64,000 nt of DNA from Clostridia bacterium (GTDB lineage: Bacteria > Bacillota > Clostridia > JAAYHZ01): positions 32,001-96,000 of the forward strand of contig JBMNIH010000005.1 in NCBI GenBank assembly GCA_050950825.1, in the 5' to 3' direction. Under the pieces are notes generated by a model, which did not search any database, was not told the DNA's origin, and saw only the letters and a program-made list of their open reading frames with translations. The translations under genes were made by a program, and so were the position numbers. Positions 10,393 through 20,643 of this stretch are shown here, piece by piece (the first letter of the stretch is position 1; each line of letters starts with the position of its first letter).

Positions 10393-12111
10393 TCAATAAC
10401 CGTTATTATTTTGTTTTAAAAGCTTTGAAAGCCTCGGGAGTATGTCTTTCCCTCTTTCCGTAGGCACTACCCTTCCTTTGCCGTCGCCGGCCAAAACATT
10501 CGCTGTTTCATATAAAGTCATGCGAGAGAATAATCCCGTATCTCGAAGAAATTCATACTCCGCCGGGAAATCCCAATAGGTATAGCGCTCAATCGTGAGC
10601 GGAACATCGTAGGACTTGGCCGTTTCCAGCATACGTAAGCATTGCGGATCCGACAACAGGAATTTTGGCGTGTTATAATACATCCTGAAGTTAATCTCGT
10701 CCGGTCGTATTTCTTTAAGCCAACGTTCCCACTGCCATTCCACATTCATCGGATATGCATAACGCCGATCAAGAGGAATCGGATTATGAAGCATTTCGAT
10801 ATTTAAAGTAAGAAAAATCTTTTTACCCTTCGCACGTATACGTTTTGCCGCTTCCATAAACAGCTCCGTATATGCATCACCGCGAATTTTGGCAATCTTA
10901 TCGAGCTCCATATTTTCCTCTTTGCAATATCCGTACCTTCGATAATATTCTTCTTTTATGCAGTCGTTATACCCGTATGCCAAAGGCTCGTCTACATGAA
11001 CCGAATGGCATTCGATTCGATTTCCCACAAGATCATACCCGTCGTCCATGGCATCTTCCAGGGTTTGAAGCCAATACTCGCGTACCGCCGGCTCGCACTC
11101 GCAAAGTGCGCCGTGGACATAGCGGTTTTTTCCCTTTGCGATGGCCAAAAATCCTTCGCTTCCTTTCGGGTCCAAGGTTATCGCTTGGTAAGCTCCGAAT
11201 CCGTCATCGAAATGAAAGCCTGCTTCAAGGAACGGACGGTTCAAGGGAGTAGGTCTTCTTGTGCCGCCCGGAGTGGCGCATATTTTGTTCCCTTGCAAGT
11301 CAAAGCATGCAATTGCATGAACCGGCGTATTGCGAAAAAGCCGTTTGTCGTCGCAATCACCTTCGCAGCGCACGCCTATGGCAACGAACGGATCGGCTAT
11401 TTCAAGATTACCCAATGTGAGCACTTGTATCGGCATTCCTTTTAATGTGAGAAGCTCCGTATCATAATCCGGAACCGTTTTTGATATCACAACGGTTTCT
11501 TGTGCAAGCTCTTCGGATACGGAAAAGTCGAAGGGCTTTGTATAGGGTTTATAATAGGAATTATCTTTTGACGTATAGATTGTAATATTTTCTTTCTTGA
11601 TTCTTGACGGTACATTGTTTTGCTTGTACAGCTTTATCGAACCGATAACCTTGTTCACCGCATCGGAATCGATATCCCATGAACGGCGTTTAATACGAAG
11701 CTCCGGATGCTTTTGCAGAAACGTTGAAGTGACAAGGAGCCGGCCGCCGAGATGAGGTATTCCCGAATTGATATTTTTATCCTTTGTATAGTACGGGGAA
11801 TATACGGTCCATATTCCTTGTTCTTGGGGGCGCATCACTACCGCCGCTTCCATTCCGTGACGTTTTGCCGCATCAACAAAAACTCGAGAGTAATTCGGCA
11901 TGTTTTTTGATGTTTGATTCTGCGTTATGTAGTTCGGTGCCTCATTATTGAAAATCCATCCGTATTCACGATTACCGTAGTATTGAACATAAATACGGTC
12001 GAATCCTACATCGGATAGCTGTGAAATCATGGATTCCACCATGTCCGGAGTATACTCGACACATGCATCATCGGGAAAATCTACGAGTGCGGATAGCTTC
12101 ATCGTGTTCAC
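10393..12111 (-). CDS. Hypothetical protein, possibly glycoside-hydrolase-like TIM barrel
   Basis: 572-aa ORF in a sugar-utilisation context; weak GH-like segments only. Confidence 0.5.
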   Translation of the reverse strand: MNTMKLSALVDFPDDACVEYTPDMVESMISQLSDVGFDRIYVQYYGNREYGWIFNNEAPNYITQNQTSKNMPNYSRVFVDAAKRHGMEAAVVMRPQEQGIWTVYSPYYTKDKNINSGIPHLGGRLLVTSTFLQKHPELRIKRRSWDIDSDAVNKVIGSIKLYKQNNVPSRIKKENITIYTSKDNSYYKPYTKPFDFSVSEELAQETVVISKTVPDYDTELLTLKGMPIQVLTLGNLEIADPFVAIGVRCEGDCDDKRLFRNTPVHAIACFDLQGNKICATPGGTRRPTPLNRPFLEAGFHFDDGFGAYQAITLDPKGSEGFLAIAKGKNRYVHGALCECEPAVREYWLQTLEDAMDDGYDLVGNRIECHSVHVDEPLAYGYNDCIKEEYYRRYGYCKEENMELDKIAKIRGDAYTELFMEAAKRIRAKGKKIFLTLNIEMLHNPIPLDRRYAYPMNVEWQWERWLKEIRPDEINFRMYYNTPKFLLSDPQCLRMLETAKSYDVPLTIERYTYWDFPAEYEFLRDTGLFSRMTLYETANVLAGDGKGRVVPTERGKDILPRLSKLLKQNNNGY

Positions 12112-12297
12112 TTCCTTATACGTATTTGACCGTTCCGGAAAACTCTTCTTATGGCTAAATTAACGAATCCCGATACGCTTGTCAATAATTACTTTTACGG
12201 AGCATGAGTTTGTTACGCACAACAGGGTACCTCCGGATACGGAGCCTTTGAATATGTGATAAGAATAAGTGAAAAATAACGCGAATACGGAAAGGAA

Positions 12298-12825
12298 GTG
12301 TTGTATGATTATGGAAAGAATCTTGCAGACAAGATTGCAGGAGAAGCCGGATCAATTAAAGAACTATCCGAATACGGAACCCATACGCTCGGACTCTGCA
12401 GTGCACTCGATCTTGGTCCTCGAAATTTAAGTCGTGATAAAGAAAATCCCGAGCTCCCTATTTCCGACACATTTGCCGTTGTGAATATGAATCTTTCTCC
12501 GGGTGTAAGAGAAATGCATACTCACCGGCAATCGGAGTGGGGATTCGTTCCGGTAGGAGCAAGCGGCTTCCATTATGTACAAAACATCAGCGATGAACCT
12601 CTGCAGTTTCTTGAGGTCTTTAACAGCGAGCATTTTGTCGATATATCCGTATTAAATCTTCCGGATAGTTTCTTTGATTCTGTCCGCAAAGGAAGCAATC
12701 CTGTAGTGAAATACAGAAACTTTGAATTTCCGTATGCACAAAACACACCGCAGAACGTCTGCTACTTTAAAGACTTTAAATTCAAAGCACCTGCGGATCC
12801 GGACGACAAAAACTATTCTGTCTGA
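12298..12825 (+). pseudogene. Internally deleted oxalate decarboxylase (OxdC-like bicupin) remnant
   Basis: Contiguous blocks PRNLSRDKENP / ELPIS..VNM.L.PG.REMHTH..SEW / GFVP..HYVQNISDEPLQFLEVF / NPVVK match separated parts of B. subtilis OxdC as recalled. Confidence 0.65.
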
Positions 12826-12969
12826 ACCGTCGCCCGCTATAGAATCTATTGAGAATAATTATAAATAGCTATACACCTCAAAACGAAAGATGCCGTTCTA
12901 TGTTAGGAGGTGCTTTTTTGATAAATGGAAGTATTCGAATTGACCGTTCGCGATCCCTGACATCTACAA

Positions 12970-13197
12970 CTAATCAAACATCAACAATTTCGGATTAATA
13001 ATTAACTCTTTTTCAATTTGTGAAGCTATGCCGGTTATCGTTGCTACTCCATGGATTTCAAGAATTTTCGGCTCAGCTTCCAGTACTGTTCCATCTTCTT
13101 TACAATATCGGTTTGAATGAATTCCTATCCTGAGAAATCCATAATCCAATTTATCTTCATATTCAGATACCCCGGTATTTCCCACATTGTAAAACAA
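12970..13197 (-). pseudogene. Probable gene fragment
   Basis: 75-aa AT-rich ORF with TTG start, no clear RBS, in a degraded interval. Confidence 0.3.
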
Positions 13198-13354
13198 GCC
13201 TTTATGCCGGTAGCTTATTTTTTTACAGGCTCGGTCTTACGATGGCAGTTCTATCAACTATCAAAGGCAATAATTTGTTGATATTCTCATTCTCCAAAAT
13301 ATCTGTATGGAATCCTACAAAAGTCTTACCGCGTTATTATTAGCTCAGAATGAA

Positions 13355-13389
13355 CAAAAAAAGTCCACAGCGGCTGAAGCCGTGTGAAC
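13355..13389 (-). terminator. Terminator of the nitrilase-DegT-deacetylase operon
   Basis: CAC-A-GCGGC tgaa GCCGT-GTG stem with a T run on minus strand. Confidence 0.5.
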
Positions 13390-13427
13390 CCATAATGTTA
13401 ATGTTGATATATTTCATTTATAAATAA

Positions 13428-14426
13428 CTATCTTGTTTGAATAGCAATTTCACTGCCGTCCTTAACGGGAACGGTAAAGCATAAACATGCTCCTCCCAAA
13501 GGATATGTGTTTGCGGTTTTATCGTCAACGGTTACGGTTATGGCTTCGGGAGTATAAACGCTCTTTAGAATAAAGGTCAGTTCTCTGCACATTACTTGCT
13601 CCGGCAGCCCTTTTATACGGATTTTGAATTTCCCCCGGTTTTCCGGGCATTTTTCTATTTCCGTATGCTTTCGCATATAGCGATAATCCACCACATCATC
13701 GGGATTGGCAAACCAGCAATCGTATTTTCCTTCCTCAACGATCGTTTCAAGTCTTTCTTTATGATGCTCGGCACTGCAATCTTTATAATCATGTACGGCT
13801 TTTTCCAAAGGGCAGTGCAAGTAATCTACAATCCATCCATTGTATTTTTTCGCTTGGTGAATACGTTTGTACGGATCAAAAGCGCTGTCATATAAATCGC
13901 TGAATTTTTCATGCAACGGCGGTCTGTTGATCCAAAAAAGATCCTCCGCATCGGAGTAATTCAGGTCGTCCGTAATACTCATTCCCGCGATATATCCGTA
14001 TTCTTTTGCTTTTCCTATAACCTCCGATGTCAGGTTTCGATTGCTTCCGGGGGATGTATAGATCGTCACTCTTCTTCCTATGACCCTTTCAAGCTCTTCT
14101 TTTGCCTGAAGGAGCTCCCTCTCCGGGTTTTCCATTACCATTCCGTGGCTCCAGGAATGACAGCCTACTCCCCACCCTCTTGACATAATATCGAGCAATT
14201 CATCCTTATCCATGTGTTTCATACCGTTAAACGAACTTGCTCCTATGTTTCGAATTATACCGATATGTCCCGATACCACCTCTACATGACCCGGGATACC
14301 CAGTCTGTCGTGCGTAGGGATTACGTACCTGTATAAATCCGATAACGCCTCATCATAGGAGGCGGAGTAGACCCATTCTTTGGCATACTTCCATAAAGCG
14401 ATTGACAGTTCAAGCTTATCTTTCAT
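13428..14426 (-). CDS. Polysaccharide deacetylase family protein
   Basis: ASYDE, GWGVGCHSWSH, TSPG, DYLH NodB-type motifs. Confidence 0.75.
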   Translation of the reverse strand: MKDKLELSIALWKYAKEWVYSASYDEALSDLYRYVIPTHDRLGIPGHVEVVSGHIGIIRNIGASSFNGMKHMDKDELLDIMSRGWGVGCHSWSHGMVMENPERELLQAKEELERVIGRRVTIYTSPGSNRNLTSEVIGKAKEYGYIAGMSITDDLNYSDAEDLFWINRPPLHEKFSDLYDSAFDPYKRIHQAKKYNGWIVDYLHCPLEKAVHDYKDCSAEHHKERLETIVEEGKYDCWFANPDDVVDYRYMRKHTEIEKCPENRGKFKIRIKGLPEQVMCRELTFILKSVYTPEAITVTVDDKTANTYPLGGACLCFTVPVKDGSEIAIQTR

Positions 14427-14472
14427 AATCGAACATCCCCCTTAGCGCCAATTACACCGGCAACATTTATCC

Positions 14473-15720
14473 CTATTTTTTATAATGCCTTTCGGCTACG
14501 TATTTTACGATCTCGTAAACGGTTTCGCAGTCTTGCTCCGTATATCTTTCGCATATGGTTGACCACCGAATCCAGTTATCAAGATATTTTTTTGCATTGG
14601 GACAGGTATCGCCTCCGTATTGATATTCACGTGAAGCGGGAGGCATGGAATACGGATAAATCTTTTTCTCCGCATACTCTTGAAGGAAAGTGCATGCTTC
14701 GGGCAAAAGGTAATAACGGCCGGTTCCGGCACCGGTGATGCCAAGATCCGCGCATTCTTTGGCAAAAGCATCGACCGTGCAATCGAAGATTTCCGGATCG
14801 ATTCGAAAACCCATCATCCAGCAGGACCATACTTCTTGGTACTCGGGAATCTTTTCGCAATAAATACCCGGTATCGTGTTTAGTTTTTCCGTAATGAGTC
14901 GCGCCGCCTTATCTCTTTTTGCCACATTATCCGGCAAAATTTCGAGCTGGGCCAAGTTTATGGCCGCCGTACAATTGGGCATACGAATTGCACTGCCGGG
15001 TACCGTATGCAAGCGTCCGAAGCCTTCCTTCATTTCCGCTCCACGGCTCTGGCAGCGGAACTTGGCATAGCCGGCAATAGTGTCGTTATCGGTAATGAAG
15101 CATCCTCCGATATCGGAGCCCATGGTTTTTTCTCCGTCGAAGGAAAAAGCTCCGGCATCACCGATGGTTCCTGCAAACCTTCCTTTGTACTTGCTTGCCA
15201 CGGCTTGGCAGGCATCTTCGATAACAAGCAGACCGTGTTTTTTAGCCAACTCCATAATAGGATCCATATCGCACATTAAACCCATCTTGTGCACCACGAC
15301 GATTGCACGTGTTCTGTCGGTAATACAGGGCTCGATGGTCTCGGCACTGACATTGATGCTGTTCGGAGCCGTATCCGCAAATACGGGAATGCAATTGTTT
15401 TTAATAAATCCCATGATGGTGCCGTAATCGGTAACGGGGCTAAAGATGACTTCGTCGCCCGGATTGAAATTTAAAGCCTCGGCAAGAGCCAAGATGGCAT
15501 TGGAGCATCCGGGAGCGGAAATACAGTATTTTACTCCCATTGCTTTGCAGAATTCTTTTTCAAAACGGCCGACCATATCCACCGTAAGTCCGCCGTCAAT
15601 AATTTCTTGCAAGTATTTCATGGCATTCGGTCCGATGTTTCGAGGAAACGGTGTCGGAAGCTTTCCTTTGAGATCCTTGTATGCGGCAAAACCGAACTTT
15701 GCATTGTTGTTTGTGTTCAT
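14473..15720 (-). CDS. DegT/DnrJ/EryC1/StrS family PLP aminotransferase
   Basis: PGDEVI, PVFAD, IEDACQA, FSFDGEKT (catalytic Lys); RBS AGAGGAGG before ATG 15720. Confidence 0.9.
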   Translation of the reverse strand: MNTNNNAKFGFAAYKDLKGKLPTPFPRNIGPNAMKYLQEIIDGGLTVDMVGRFEKEFCKAMGVKYCISAPGCSNAILALAEALNFNPGDEVIFSPVTDYGTIMGFIKNNCIPVFADTAPNSINVSAETIEPCITDRTRAIVVVHKMGLMCDMDPIMELAKKHGLLVIEDACQAVASKYKGRFAGTIGDAGAFSFDGEKTMGSDIGGCFITDNDTIAGYAKFRCQSRGAEMKEGFGRLHTVPGSAIRMPNCTAAINLAQLEILPDNVAKRDKAARLITEKLNTIPGIYCEKIPEYQEVWSCWMMGFRIDPEIFDCTVDAFAKECADLGITGAGTGRYYLLPEACTFLQEYAEKKIYPYSMPPASREYQYGGDTCPNAKKYLDNWIRWSTICERYTEQDCETVYEIVKYVAERHYKK

Positions 15721-15787
15721 AAATGAAATCCTCCTCTTTACATATAATTGCGATGGTTGTTCTTTTACATTCCCGATAGAAAGCTCT

Positions 15788-16699
15788 TTACTCTTTCTCA
15801 TAAATGATGGGATTTTTTAATTTCCACTTTTTCTCTTCGTCTTTCTCGCATATTTGACCGTAGAGCTCGGGTCTTCTCATGCCGAGAAAGCATTCCTTTA
15901 ACGTGGGCATTTCCAGCTTTAAGTCTCCTTTTGCCCAGTATTCATACAATTGGTCCAAATCCACCGTTGCGATGGCATAGCCGGGAAGATGGCTCGTATC
16001 GGCACGGGTTCTGCCGTAAGGGTCTACGATTCTTGAGTGTCCCGGATGCTTTCCGGAAAGATAGGGAACCTGGACGAAATGGCTGGTTATGACGTAATAT
16101 TGATTATCGACGGCTCTTGCATTGACAAGGCTTTCGCACAAATTTCCCGTATAGTCCATCCAGCCGGCAGGATGTGCGACAATATCCGCACCGTTAAGTG
16201 CCATAATGGTCCACATTTCCGGATAGTGAATATCCATGCATAGGGCAACGCCCAGCTTCCCGATATCCAAATCCATTACCGGGAATTCATCGCCCGGGGT
16301 AAAAAACGCTCTTTCTCCGGGGTAGAGATGAACCTTTCTATACTTTCCTACATAACCGCCTTTTCTGTCGAGTACAACGGCTACGTTATAGTATTTGTCG
16401 CCGTCGACTTCAACCGCTCCGTAAACCAAATTGCTGTTTAATTTTCTAGCCAGCTCGGACATTTTGGCTTGTAGAGGTGCATCCGAGTCGGGGATTCTTT
16501 CCGCCATTTTTCTTTTCATCTCGTAATTTAGCTGTGCATGGGCAAAGTATTCGGGTAGAACCATCAAGTCCGGCTTTTCATTTGCCGCTTCCGTTAAAAT
16601 TTGCTCCGCGCTTTCCACCATGTTATTATAGTACTCCATGCCGGACAGCTTATTATTCAGGATCATGGAAACCGTACCCAATCTCACTTTTCTGCTCAT
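15788..16699 (-). CDS. Carbon-nitrogen hydrolase family protein
   Basis: LPE, YRKVHL, LCMD triad; GHSRIVDPYG. Confidence 0.9.
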   Translation of the reverse strand: MSRKVRLGTVSMILNNKLSGMEYYNNMVESAEQILTEAANEKPDLMVLPEYFAHAQLNYEMKRKMAERIPDSDAPLQAKMSELARKLNSNLVYGAVEVDGDKYYNVAVVLDRKGGYVGKYRKVHLYPGERAFFTPGDEFPVMDLDIGKLGVALCMDIHYPEMWTIMALNGADIVAHPAGWMDYTGNLCESLVNARAVDNQYYVITSHFVQVPYLSGKHPGHSRIVDPYGRTRADTSHLPGYAIATVDLDQLYEYWAKGDLKLEMPTLKECFLGMRRPELYGQICEKDEEKKWKLKNPIIYEKE

Positions 16700-16913
16700 C
16701 GACCGATACCTCCTATCGGAATGATAATTTATTTTATATATCGTTATTTAGAGTTCCCTTATCGTTTGTATCGTAAATATCGTGTGTTCATTTGAAAGCA
16801 ATTATTTTGAAAGAAAACAGATCCGTAATTTCATTGTGTTATAGCACAATTATAATGGAAAGGCCGTTAAAGAATACAAAGAATATTGCTTTTCATGTTA
16901 GAAAAATTGCTTA

Positions 16914-17792
16914 TTATTTATATACAATGTCTTTTCTGTCTTTTAAGTAAAAGTATAAATTGGGCTCGTATTTTTTTGCATATTCGATGGGTGTTATGGA
17001 CTCTTTTTGATTGAATACCCGGCTGAAGTATCCGGGGTCGCTAAAGCCCACACTGTAAGCGATCTGCGATATATTCAAGTCGGAATACATCAATAATTCT
17101 TTCGCCTTCGAAATTCTTAAGGCGGTAAAATGCTTCATGGGAGTCGTACCGTAGTGCTTTTTAAAGCGCCGGCAGAAATGATACTTGGACATATTCGCGA
17201 TTTTAGCCAGATCCTCTAAATCCAAATCCATAGTCAAATTGTTCTTCATATATTCCGCCACATGATGTAAGCTCTTTATATCCGGTGAATTTTTATGGGC
17301 TGCCGTATTTCCGCCGTTCGTACCGATTACATTGCTCCTATGAATATTGAAATTATTGCTCTTTTGTCTTAATAAAGACAGCAATATTTCCGTAAACTGC
17401 AGATTGATGAAATCCTCAAGATACGGTTCTTTTTTCATTCCCTCGTGAATGAAGTTTTCAAGCTTATGTCTAATATCAAGTCTCGACAGCCTTATTTGAT
17501 GCGGCAGCCGATTCAAATGAGAAGCCAGCTCTTCATTATTCACTTCAAACTTGATTTCAATGACTCGCATGCCGTCCTTGCTTTTTGTTTCAAGACCGTG
17601 TGTTATGCCTTGATGCGTCAGATAGAAATCATTTTCTTGGACGATATATTCGTTTCCGGCCACCGTGATTTTTCCGGTGCCGCTGAGGACATAGATATAG
17701 TGGTAATAGGAATGCTTATGGGGCTGCAGTCCCAAACCGATCCTGTAGCTTTCTTTTGAAAACCATATAACATTGACACCGAAATCCAGCAT
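16914..17792 (-). CDS. AraC family transcriptional regulator
   Basis: N-terminal cupin (PHKH..GTG..H); C-terminal IAYSVGFSDPGYFSRVF. Confidence 0.92.
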   Translation of the reverse strand: MLDFGVNVIWFSKESYRIGLGLQPHKHSYYHYIYVLSGTGKITVAGNEYIVQENDFYLTHQGITHGLETKSKDGMRVIEIKFEVNNEELASHLNRLPHQIRLSRLDIRHKLENFIHEGMKKEPYLEDFINLQFTEILLSLLRQKSNNFNIHRSNVIGTNGGNTAAHKNSPDIKSLHHVAEYMKNNLTMDLDLEDLAKIANMSKYHFCRRFKKHYGTTPMKHFTALRISKAKELLMYSDLNISQIAYSVGFSDPGYFSRVFNQKESITPIEYAKKYEPNLYFYLKDRKDIVYK

Positions 17793-18139
17793 ATCGATAC
17801 TTCCTCATTTTCGATTAAAATCATCGGATAATAAAACAGACGGCTTTTATATATTTTACACCATGAAAAGCGAAATTTTCAGGAAAAAATAATGGATATA
17901 CCGGAAGAAATAGCGATGAAATCAATTTAAAATGAATGTAAAAATAAGGGGGTTACCCCACGATTCGCTCCGAAGCATTGTTCCTTGAAAACTTTATAAA
18001 ATTCATAAATCGCTTCAATATATCGAGATCAACGAAGGCATATTTCAAATAAACAAAAAAGAAGAAGGGGGTACCGTTATTCTTGGGATCGTATGGACAA
18101 ATTTAAAAATTTGTGTTCTGATATATACATATTGTCCGT

Positions 18140-19360
18140 ATGGTTAACCGGCAGGTAGGTATAAGTATGGAAAGAATAAGCATACAAGAAGGATTTATTA
18201 AGGATAAGAATTGGATTATCGGCCCGAGTATCGTCCGTTGCTCCAAAAAGAATGCACCCGGCTACGGCTCGCTTTTAATGATTGCCACGCTCAGCGACGG
18301 CAGCGACAGCGGCGCCGTAACCGCCCAGTGGAGAAGCGAGGATGGCGGCAAAACCTTTACTCGTGAACGGGATATGGAGTATTCTTACGTGTGTGACGGT
18401 AACGGCAGCCGTATTAAAATAGGAGACGGCAGTTTGTATGCCGACGAGGAACACGATGTTATTCTATACATCGGAAACGATGCCTTCTGGGAGAAAAACG
18501 CCTTTGAAAGCACTAAAAGGTGCTATTTACCGTATTACCGTTTGTCCTATGACAACGGCTATAGCTGGACGGAAAAAAAGTTTATCATTACGGAAGGCAT
18601 GACACCGCAAAACCCGATTCCCGATGTCGTTTACGGCCGCAATATGACATTGAGCTGCCAGCCTGTCATTATTCGCAGCGCCGACGGCGCACTGCTTGTG
18701 GGGATTCACACCCAAATCGTCAACGAAAACGGTCGGCTTGTAGAGCCTTCGGGATTTCACTTTTTTAAAGCGGGTGCGCTTCGCGGAGTTTGGAACGGAA
18801 ACGGATACTCTTGGTCATTCGGTCAATATGTCAGCGTCGCAGCGGACATTTCTTCACGGGGCGTATTCGAGCCCATGTTCGTAAGGCGCAAGGGAAACGG
18901 CGTTATGATGATCATGCGTTCCAGCAACTCCCGTTTTACGGATACCATGATCCCTTGTAAGTACTACGCGCTTTCCGATGACAACGGTATCACATGGTCA
19001 CAAGCCATGCCCTTGCTCTATGACGACGGTACGGTGATGTATTCGTCCTCGAGCATCTTAAAGCCTCTTGTTCACAGCAACGGTAAGGTTTATATCTCCT
19101 GCGTTATCACCGAGCGCAACGCGGTAGATGGCAACCTGCCGCGTTATCCTTTATGTATTGCGGAGCTGGACACCGATTCTTGTACCGTTCTTCGGTCAAG
19201 CGTCCGCATCATCGATACGAAACGCGCCGAATATGCCGACTACACCAATCATTGCATTTTTGAGGAGCCGGATACCGGAAAAATTATCGTGCTTGCGCCG
19301 TTTTGGCTGCACGGTCCCGGATCGGATATGATTCTCAACCGTTACGAGCTCTCGCCGTAA
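18140..19360 (+). CDS. Sialidase/BNR-repeat glycoside hydrolase
   Basis: Asp-boxes SEDGGKTF, SYDNGYSW, SDDNGITW; FEP motif. Confidence 0.8.
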   Translation: MVNRQVGISMERISIQEGFIKDKNWIIGPSIVRCSKKNAPGYGSLLMIATLSDGSDSGAVTAQWRSEDGGKTFTRERDMEYSYVCDGNGSRIKIGDGSLYADEEHDVILYIGNDAFWEKNAFESTKRCYLPYYRLSYDNGYSWTEKKFIITEGMTPQNPIPDVVYGRNMTLSCQPVIIRSADGALLVGIHTQIVNENGRLVEPSGFHFFKAGALRGVWNGNGYSWSFGQYVSVAADISSRGVFEPMFVRRKGNGVMMIMRSSNSRFTDTMIPCKYYALSDDNGITWSQAMPLLYDDGTVMYSSSSILKPLVHSNGKVYISCVITERNAVDGNLPRYPLCIAELDTDSCTVLRSSVRIIDTKRAEYADYTNHCIFEEPDTGKIIVLAPFWLHGPGSDMILNRYELSP

Positions 19361-20139
19361 CGCTTCCTGAATTTCAAAGGCGGTGTTGAATACGTTTTCG
19401 TAAAGTTGTCGTAGAAGACGGATAAGCTGTTAAAGCCGCATTCAAACGCTATTTCCGTGACCGGCTTATCCGTAGTCTTTATCAGCATTACGGCCTTCGA
19501 CAATCTCCGCTTGTTTATATACTCCGTAACTCCTACGCCAAGCTTCTTTTTAAAATAGCTTGAAAAATAACCGACACTCATGTTGACGGCACCGGCAACA
19601 TCCTCCAATGTTATCTTCTCCGATAGATGGCTATCAATATAGTCAAGGGCGGTGCGAAGCGTTTTATCGTCCGACTTGGATATTCCTTGTATCGGAATGA
19701 AACGCCGAATGAGGGATGTCGATAAATTTACCAACAAATTGTTAATCACCAAATCGCATCCCGGTTTTTTCTCGTTGAATTCGTTATAGAGGGTTTCAAA
19801 CAAAACCGATAAATCTTCGCTTTTTCCGTTATACAGGATAGGTATGGCGGGGTATTGGTTGCCGTAGAGTATGCGAAAGTATTTTTCCAATTCATTACCG
19901 TAGGAACTAAGTGACAGCATGTAGGGATAGTAGCCCGCCGAATATACGATCGTTTCCGTTATCGCAAACCATGTGTGGGGTATATAGGCATTGATCAAAA
20001 TGACATCGCCTTCTTTTAACTCATACTGCTTGTCCTTAAAGCAATAAAGAAGCTTACCCTGTTCCGTTTGTTTTTGACAGGCCGAGAAATTCAACAGCAA
20101 GGCAACTATTAAAATAATAGCTACAAAAACTTTTTTCAT
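19342..20139 (-). CDS. AraC-family regulator fused to a lipoprotein signal peptide (chimera, possibly pseudogene)
   Basis: MKK-hydrophobic-FSAC lipobox, partial cupin (YELKEGDVILIN..PH), and full AraC HTH (IAFECGFNSLSVF). Confidence 0.7.
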   Translation of the reverse strand: MKKVFVAIILIVALLLNFSACQKQTEQGKLLYCFKDKQYELKEGDVILINAYIPHTWFAITETIVYSAGYYPYMLSLSSYGNELEKYFRILYGNQYPAIPILYNGKSEDLSVLFETLYNEFNEKKPGCDLVINNLLVNLSTSLIRRFIPIQGISKSDDKTLRTALDYIDSHLSEKITLEDVAGAVNMSVGYFSSYFKKKLGVGVTEYINKRRLSKAVMLIKTTDKPVTEIAFECGFNSLSVFYDNFTKTYSTPPLKFRKRYGESS

Positions 20140-20571
20140 CCTCTATACCTCCTTACGGTTATGCGTAGTGTCAAAAATTCCGAATGGAATTTGACCTAAG
20201 ATACCTAATTTACTAGCTTTCACTAGATATGAACCTTCGACGACTCCCGCAATGCAGATCCGATTTCCGGCTTCATCTTTCGGTTTTTCCTATAAAATTT
20301 TCAAAGATCTATACTTTGCCTTTCATGTTGTTAATATCCTCTATATTCATTCTAAACAAGTCTATTCCTTATTTCTTCCGGCTTGTAAACAACTATTTCC
20401 TGAAAATTTAGCTTTTTATAAAAAATCACTGACCGGATTTCACAACAAAACTACGGATAGATTCTTTTTTCATTGAAAATGCGTTTAAAAGAAACGGAAG
20501 CGGAAAAAGCCGAAATCCGAAACGATAGAAATGTCATAAATCGAGTAAATAGAAGAAAACAAACCTTACAT

Positions 20572-20633
20572 AACCGGTCCGAAAACCGATAATTCGGACC
20601 GGTTTAAAAAACCTCATGAATTCATGAGGTTTT
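20572..20633 (-). terminator. Tandem hairpins ending the MBOAT operon
   Basis: AACCGGTCCGAA..TTCGGACCGGTT and perfect palindrome AAAACCTCATGAATTCATGAGGTTTT. Confidence 0.7.
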
Positions 20634-20643
20634 GATAAGGCTT

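Noticed and set aside
20572-20633. Palindromes as CRISPR repeats or IS ends
   Set aside because: Single unrelated hairpins directly after a stop codon; no spacer periodicity, cas gene or transposase
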